Shown here in pieces: positions 56,446 through 64,000 of a stretch of DNA of 64,000 bases. Numbering within the stretch: position 1 is the stretch's first letter; every line of letters starts with the position of its first letter. The position numbers were made by a program, and so were the translations under genes. Under the pieces are notes generated by a model. The model worked only from the letters and a program-made list of their open reading frames with translations, did not search any database and was not told the DNA's origin. Location of the stretch: positions 110,422,001 through 110,486,000 of the forward strand of contig NC_043003.1 of NCBI RefSeq assembly GCF_006345805.1, in the 5' to 3' direction. The stretch comes from Octopus sinensis (taxonomy: Eukaryota).

Positions 56446-57828
56446 ATGTTTCTTTATTAGCCACACAGGGCTGCACACAGATAGAACAAATTACAAGGTA
56501 GAGCTTTTCTTTTGAAAGTTTAAAAAAAAAATAAATAAATAAAATAAAATAATAAAATAAAAAAATAAAATAAAATAAAAAAGGGGGGGTCGATCAAAAG
56601 GGATCGTAAAAGGAGAGAAAGAGGACAAAAAAAGGGGGGGTGAAAAAAAAAGGGGGAGAGGAAAAAAAATTGATCAATAGGGATCGTTATCACAGAAATG
56701 TCAATATGAAGTGTAAAGGGGAGGACAGGTGAGGTTTACCCGTGGAAAGAAAAGCCTACGGAAAAGACCACGGTAACCTCGGTCAATGAAGTCACATGTT
56801 ATATTTTTTTTTTTTTTTTTGCAAATAAGCAACTCTCTGTATTAATTTTTACAGTTCATAGAATCATAGTCAAGGTGGCTTCGTCATTCATACGTGCCAT
56901 CCTTGCTACATTCACCCATCTTTTTTTAAAACATTCACTAGACAAAACTTGCCTCTCTACTCTCACTTTTTTCTTCAAGTGATACTTGAAGAAGTTGATG
57001 AGAGATTGACCAGAGAGGAAAGTGTTTGTCTCTAATCCTTTCAGACGCGTCCACCAGATACATTCTTTCGCCATAGCCACAAGTATGATAAAAATAGCTC
57101 TTCCTTCCCGTTTGAAGGAAGGAGGCGTGACGATATTAACGATAGACTCGGCGGGCAAACCGACACGCCCCACACGTGACAGCAGTCGTTCGACATAAGC
57201 CCACAGGTGGGAAATTGCTGGACACTGCACGATTGCGTGCAGAGCGGTTTCGTCGCTCGGCCCGCATCTCGGGCAGGTCGGCCCCGTGTTTCTCGAGCCA
57301 TGCCTATAGAGCTTATCCCGAACGGGTAGCGCTTCTCGGTAGCACCGCCAGGCCAGGGATCTCTGGAAGTTGTCCATAGGTCCCGGGCCGAAAGTCGTTT
57401 GAAACAGGCGGGTCAGGTATTCCTCGTCGACGCCCAGGTTTGCCCCGAGCTCGTCGTCGTACCTCCCCTCCACTAATCCCCTATAGAATGCTTTGGTTGT
57501 GTTTAAGTCACTCAAGGTCGACCCGGGACGGCAGAGTTGCTTGAGAGCAACGCGACACTCGCGGTGCCATTCGCCCTTCTTCGGCCTCTTTTTGATCCAC
57601 GACTGTAGTTCGGTCATGGAGACGAGTTGCGGGAATGCGTGCCTCACAAACGGCGACCACACCTGTTCACCGTCATCTACATAGAGCCGGAGATGTCGCA
57701 GTCTCAGCGCGTGTCTGCGCATCATCAACCACGGCATGCCCAGCCCTCCTTTTAACGGGTGTTGACAGCAAATGGATCGCCTGACCATCGGGACGCATCC
57801 TTTCCACAAGAAGCGGAAGAGGATGCGT
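56446..57828 (-). mobile_element. L1/Tx1-clade LINE, 5'-truncated copy 3 with open ORF2 C-terminus
   Basis: ORF 56856-57809, extendable to RILFRFLWKG: GGLGMP, ALPVRDKL, CPRCGPSDETALHAIVQC (zf-RVT knuckle), IWWTR; GC-rich and uninterrupted. Confidence 0.93.
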
Positions 57829-57851
57829 ATAGATAGATAGATAAATAGATT

Positions 57852-57911
<60 letters not shown>

Positions 57912-57988
57912 TATACATAGATAGATAGATGGATGGATGGATGGATGGATGGATAGATAGATAGATAGATATATAGATAGATAGATAA

Positions 57989-58039
<51 letters not shown>

Positions 58040-58065
58040 TATAGACAGATAGATAGATAAATAAA
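57829..58065. repeat. (TAGA)n/(TGGA)n array, part of a GATA field spanning about 55180-58065
   Basis: Direct inspection. Confidence 0.97.
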
Positions 58066-58346
58066 TGGATCTATGCATGTGTTTGTAGAATGTCGGGGGC
58101 ATAACTCTGTTTCCCAAATTCCGAATCTCTTGGACTGATGCATTCACGTGCATGAATGAATATTGTATATTAATATAACAGCGAAATCGGTTTTATTTGT
58201 AACTGTTTATTTAGGTACGTCTGCGAACTTTTATCAATATTTTGTAAACAGTTATGCAACATCCAAGCAACTCATTGTGACTTTAAAGAAAAGTAATCAG
58301 GAAGATTTTGATATCGGATATAATTGATGTTATATATAATTAATTC

Positions 58347-58401
<55 letters not shown>

Positions 58402-60269
58402 ATGTGTGTGTATGTGTGTGTGCTTGTGTGTTTGTTTGTGTGTATGTGTATGTGTCCGTTTGTGTGTGTGTGTGTGTGTATGTGTTAAATATATACTTTA
58501 TGTTATATACTTTTAATACCATAATATATTCGATGCAAAGTCTGTAGAATACACAATTGATTCTAGTTGCATTATTGTACAGTTTCTTTTTCACAAGTTA
58601 TAGTTATCATATACTCAGTAAAATGCAAATGTTATGTCGAATCGTAGTTCTTGCAGAAGTCAGCAACTTGAACCTAGACGTTTGACATTTTGTGCTGAAC
58701 TTCTAACCACACGCATGACTCCTATGGACGTTTGGGTACAACCGATGTTTTAAAATATTTATGATGCTGTTTAAGCCCATGTATCAATTTTAAGCAACTA
58801 TATTTACTGAATTATATTATACATTTTCCAAATCATTTAATAGTTGCAGTGTATGTGTTTTTCATAACTTTATTCCAATACCTTCCACACTAAAAACATG
58901 TAATGCTGCTTGTCATAAGTCAGTTCCGGGATTTCGACCGTGATGGGTGCCGATGGAGTGGTTACCTTTTGATCCTACACTTGATTTTGTCAGCATATTT
59001 GCGCTCAGAACAGAGATGTATCAAGTCTTTTGCTGACAGAAGTAACACATTCAGTCCTTCTATCTTGTCAAAGTCATTGGTTGCATTTCTGTAACTACGA
59101 CTGGTTACAGTTCTTGATTAGACGTATGATTTCGCTGTGTCTTAGGAATATTGACTTCTCATAATTTGTTGCACTCATTTCTACTCGTACATACTCGCCA
59201 ATATTAATTTGACAAGGGCTAGTCTCACACTTGCTTCTGTGGGACATTTACTGTGATGCACGAACATAAACGGTTGGGGAATATAACATTTCTATGAGCC
59301 CTTTGCTTAAATACTCAATTCCTCACAAACAGGCTCTGATCTACATTTTCATTCGTTCATTAGACAAAATACTCAGTTCATTCGTAGAAAACACACAAGC
59401 AATCCCAAATGATTTCGTGAAATGTTTATTTGACGTTATTTTAATTCCTATACATTTTACAAAATGTGGAGGCATGGGAAGACATGTTGTTCGCATTTCA
59501 CACTTACCAGATATGCGCTTCCAACTGCATTTTGTTCAAGTGAAAAAGTTTCTCTCTTTGGCGCAGATGTTGCAAACTCACAATGCCATGAATCGGAATA
59601 AATATTATAAGTTATTAGATGCGAAACTCCGACGTATCAATAAGGAATAATGGTTTCTAACTAAGGTACACAGAGTGACTTATTTTGTCAATTAATAACA
59701 TCTCGCCATTCCTGTTTTGGGCGTCACTGCAATATTTGTATTCATGCTGCTCTCATGTCCGGTCACGCCTCCATTTCCTTACGCACTAACATCTTTACTT
59801 TCATGATACCAATCTTTTCAGATATTCTGCCACAATTCACCTTGCTGCCTTTTCTTTTTCCTATTCGTCCTTTCAAACAACACTATCACGGAATCGTGAT
59901 ATTCTTCTGTTTTTACTTAGCATGCCATTTTCTTCTACCATACTCCGTCTTTCAACTGCCTTTTCCTCTCTTTCTCACCTACTTTACGCCTTGTTACCAT
60001 ACTTCATGCAGTTTCATTTGTATCACACTACAACACTCGCAATTCATTGAATCGTCACTTCCATAATTCTCCCCAATTTTACTGATCTTACGCATCGCTC
60101 TACGATTTTAGCTTGCCACATTACCCCGATCTCTTTTTATTTCATTACACATATTTCTGCTCTCTCATCAATCAAATTATATTACTTTCTTTCTCCCTCT
60201 AACTCTCTCCCCTCTTTCCTCTCTCTCCCCCTCTCTCTCGCTCACGCTTTTCGCAATAAAAGACATAAC

Positions 60270-60410
60270 ATCCACAATAGGTATAACGCCTGAAATTTTG
60301 TAGGAGGGGGTCTAGTCAATTACACGAAGACCTAATGCTCAACAGGTAATTGTTTTATCGAATCTGAAATGGTGAAAGGCTAAGTCGACCTCCCTGGTAA
60401 TTGAAATCAC
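60270..60410 (-). mobile_element. SINE family A, degenerate
   Basis: GCCTGAAATTTTG..TTTTATCGA..GAAAGGCTAAGTCGACCTC. Confidence 0.65.
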
Positions 60411-60419
60411 AACCGCACT

Positions 60420-61589
60420 GACTAAATATCTTGAGACAACTAGCGACTGGATGCTAAAAGTCGTTGAAAATCACGGGAAGGGTAAGAAGCTTCATTCCAT
60501 CATAAAGGAGAGCAAAATATTTGCTATTGACTTTATGCATGATAACCAGAATGAATAACCTGACGGAAAATGCGGCAACTGTTGTTGCAAAGATGGTACA
60601 ATTAGTGGCAAGGAAAAAAGAGGGCTAGAACAATTGGCTGATAGGTGGGAGTAGAAACGTCTGCATGGAAAATATGTGGTCCGAAGCAAACAATACCAAA
60701 CGTAGTCATCAGTGGCTACGGAGCTCAGAGTTAAATGCAGAGAGGGAAGGCTTCATATTAGCTGCTCAAGATCATCTTAGCTTGGATAAGATTAGAAGAA
60801 TGCACCAACTAATCTCTGGAAGTTAATGTTTGCGCTAGTGGAGAATAAATCAAGATATGACTGAGGTGGCCAATATCTACACTTGTTAATATGTCGGCAT
60901 TATAAACCCAAAATAGTCGAGAAGTGGTACAAGCGTAAACCCCAGAAGAAAACCTCACGATTCTTTCGAACTTTCTGGTACATGCAGCCTGAACCATCAA
61001 AGGTAATGAACCGGTTATTGTTGTGAAAGATCTGAGCAATAAAATTTGTTTATTGAACGACAATTATCATCATAATATCTCGGTAAAAGAAATCGACAAG
61101 CTCAGAAAATATACAGATTTGCTCATTGAAATTGAAAACAAAGGTGATATCTTAATGCGGTTTTAACACCTATTTCTTTACTACCTACAAGGGGCTAAAC
61201 ACAGAGAGGACAAACAAGGACAGACAAACGGTTTAAGTCGATTATATCGACCCCAGTGCGTAACTGGTACTTAATTTATCGACCCCGAAAGGATGAAAGG
61301 CAAAGTAGACCTCGGCGGAATTTGAACTCAGACCGTAGCGGCAGGCGAAATACGGCTACGCATTTCGCCCGTCGTGCTAACGTTTCTGCCAGCTCGTCGC
61401 CTTCAGGCGGTTATAATACCAAGGATTGTAGGAACACTTTGTATGATTAAAAAATAAACTGCAAATTATTTGAGAATGTGCTCTGATTTACCATCCGTGA
61501 AAGTAAGTGTAAAATATTGTTTTAACTAGTACGTTACACGGATTGAAAAGACCATTGTCGCTGTGTGAACGATTATCACACCTGTATGT

Positions 61590-61590
<1 letters not shown>
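60420..61590 (+). mobile_element. R4/Dong-like LINE 3' relic, interrupted by a SINE and ending in (TAA)n
   Basis: LHGKY..SHQWLRSSELNAEREGFILAAQDH; PVIVVKDLSNKICLL..NISVKEIDKLRKYTDLLIEIE; resumes after the SINE as AVIIPRIVGTL. Confidence 0.85.
61171..61404 (-). mobile_element. SINE family A, full length, with 14-bp TSD
   Basis: TSD GCGGTT(T/A)TAA(C/T)ACC at 61157-61170 and 61407-61420. Confidence 0.92.
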
Positions 61591-62245
<655 letters not shown>

Positions 62246-62264
62246 AGTAATTATAATGATAATT

Positions 62265-62468
62265 GTTTATGCTATAGGAACACAGCCTGAAATTTTGAGG
62301 GAATGGACTAGTCGATTGCATCAACTCCACTGCTGAAATGGTAACGTTTATCTGGAACTTGAAAAAATCAAAAGCCAATTCAATCTCGGCGGAAATTGAA
62401 CCCAGAACGTAAAGACGCAACATATTTTATCTTGCATGATAACGATTCTGCCAGCTCGCTGCCGCCTT
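62265..62468 (-). mobile_element. SINE family A, degenerate
   Basis: CTCGGCGGAAATTGAACCCAGAACGTAAAG..TAACGATTCTGCCAGCTCGC. Confidence 0.75.
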
Positions 62469-64000
62469 AATAACATTCTATAGAAATAACATCATTTATT
62501 TATTTATGACATAATGTCTGCTATTACGATGCTTCACTAATCCTAGACTTTTGATGGGCGGTAATATAAGGATTTTAATCCGGAGAATGAAGGAAGTGAT
62601 GGTTACATGTGGTATATATCGGAATTCACGTTCTCCGAAATAAAGAATGAGTGAATGTAGTATCAGAGGTAAAATAAAATAGGACTTAGTAATTCACACA
62701 TATATTCAGCTACGTTGCATCCAATATACAATAGCGACATATTAAATTAATACGGTATTCGGTCCGAAGATCTTGCATGGCAGAAAAAATATGGATATTC
62801 GAATGAGATCGTTAAAATAGATATATCTGCTATGTGCATTATAACGGAACCATTAATTGGATAACATAATCGGAAAATACACAATGGAATGCAGCGTCAC
62901 AGGGATAACATGTAAAAACGCTGGAATTCACACAATTAAATATAGGAAAATTATATAAGAAACGAACTAAGCACATACAACAAAAATAGATTAACTAAGC
63001 TAATATATAGCATTTAAAAGAAGGAACGACCCCTCACAAACGCAACGGAGAGCAAAAGAAACGCTCTACAAAACTCACATACACTACACCCGAGTTATAT
63101 ATATAGCGTTCAATGAAAACCATTACCAATGTCACTATTTCACATGTCTGAAATAATAATAAAATTAGCAAATAGTTATCTTTGATTCTACCGAAAATTT
63201 CAGTGTAAAAAATAAGTATACATTAATATATTCAAATCAACTGTGGTAGTATATATTTGAAATTACCACAAAAAACTAATATGTAAAATGGTGATGTTAC
63301 ACCAGAACATTGAATACTCTTGTATTATGCAAGGTTATTTGGTTGATCATATACAGGTATTTTATATTATGATCATATAGAAGCATTGATCAATACTAGA
63401 ATTTTAACTGGTAATTATGAATCTATATTTATGGAATATGAATTTTATGCATTTTAATATAACACGTCCTGTTTTTATTCTTTATGTGTACTGTATTTTT
63501 TGTATTTGTATTTTTATTTTGTATTTGTATTTTTATTTGTAATTGTATTTTATTTGTATTGCTTTTACTTCCTGTTCTTGTCACATTTTTTTCATTCCTT
63601 GTTTTTACCCCTCTGCAAAGGAATTTTATTTAATTCTGTTGCAGGAAGGACTAGATCGTCGGATCGAGTTCTGTCCTTACCTTCGAAACACGCATTGAGT
63701 CGACCCAGGGACAGCTGATGAAAAGGAATATTCCTTGTATTGTTTGTCTTGTACTCTGTTTTTTTGTTGTTAAAAAAAAGTCCGTTTCCTAGTTGTTTTT
63801 ATGTTTTCGTTTCTCGTTGTGTTCTACGTTTATTTGTGGTGTCCTGTACTCACATATATGGGAGTATGGGATTCAAGCCTCTTCTCCTTATCTCCTCAAA
63901 GACATACAGCACCTCGAAAGAGTCCAGAGGCTGGTTACCCGCATGGTTCATGGTCTCAAAAATTTGTCCTACGAAGAAAGGCTGAGGACGCTCGACCTTT

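Overview
AT-rich, microsatellite-saturated metazoan genomic DNA, most likely an octopus/coleoid cephalopod (inferred from the SINE families and repeat landscape, not from a search). Almost all listed ORFs are microsatellite artefacts. Real content: (1) two candidate minus-strand exons (47491-47656 and 35361-35463) that splice in frame into an atypical C-terminal CUB-like domain of a large gene whose other exons I could not find; (2) many tRNA-derived SINEs of three families; (3) LINE fragments (CR1-like, RTE, RTE-BovB, two R4/Dong-like, Tx1-like); (4) Tc1/mariner/maT relics; (5) three fold-back elements with outward-facing inverted arms (31689-32166, 44212-45020, 50636-54177) that each carry minimal type-I hammerhead ribozyme motifs and look Penelope-derived, including a perfect 233-bp-arm palindrome with a U3-A8 variant core. 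Also notable: a Tx1-like LINE inserted three times in one (GATA)n array, and a 1.46-kb tandem duplication that looks like an assembly artefact. All alignments were done by eye.
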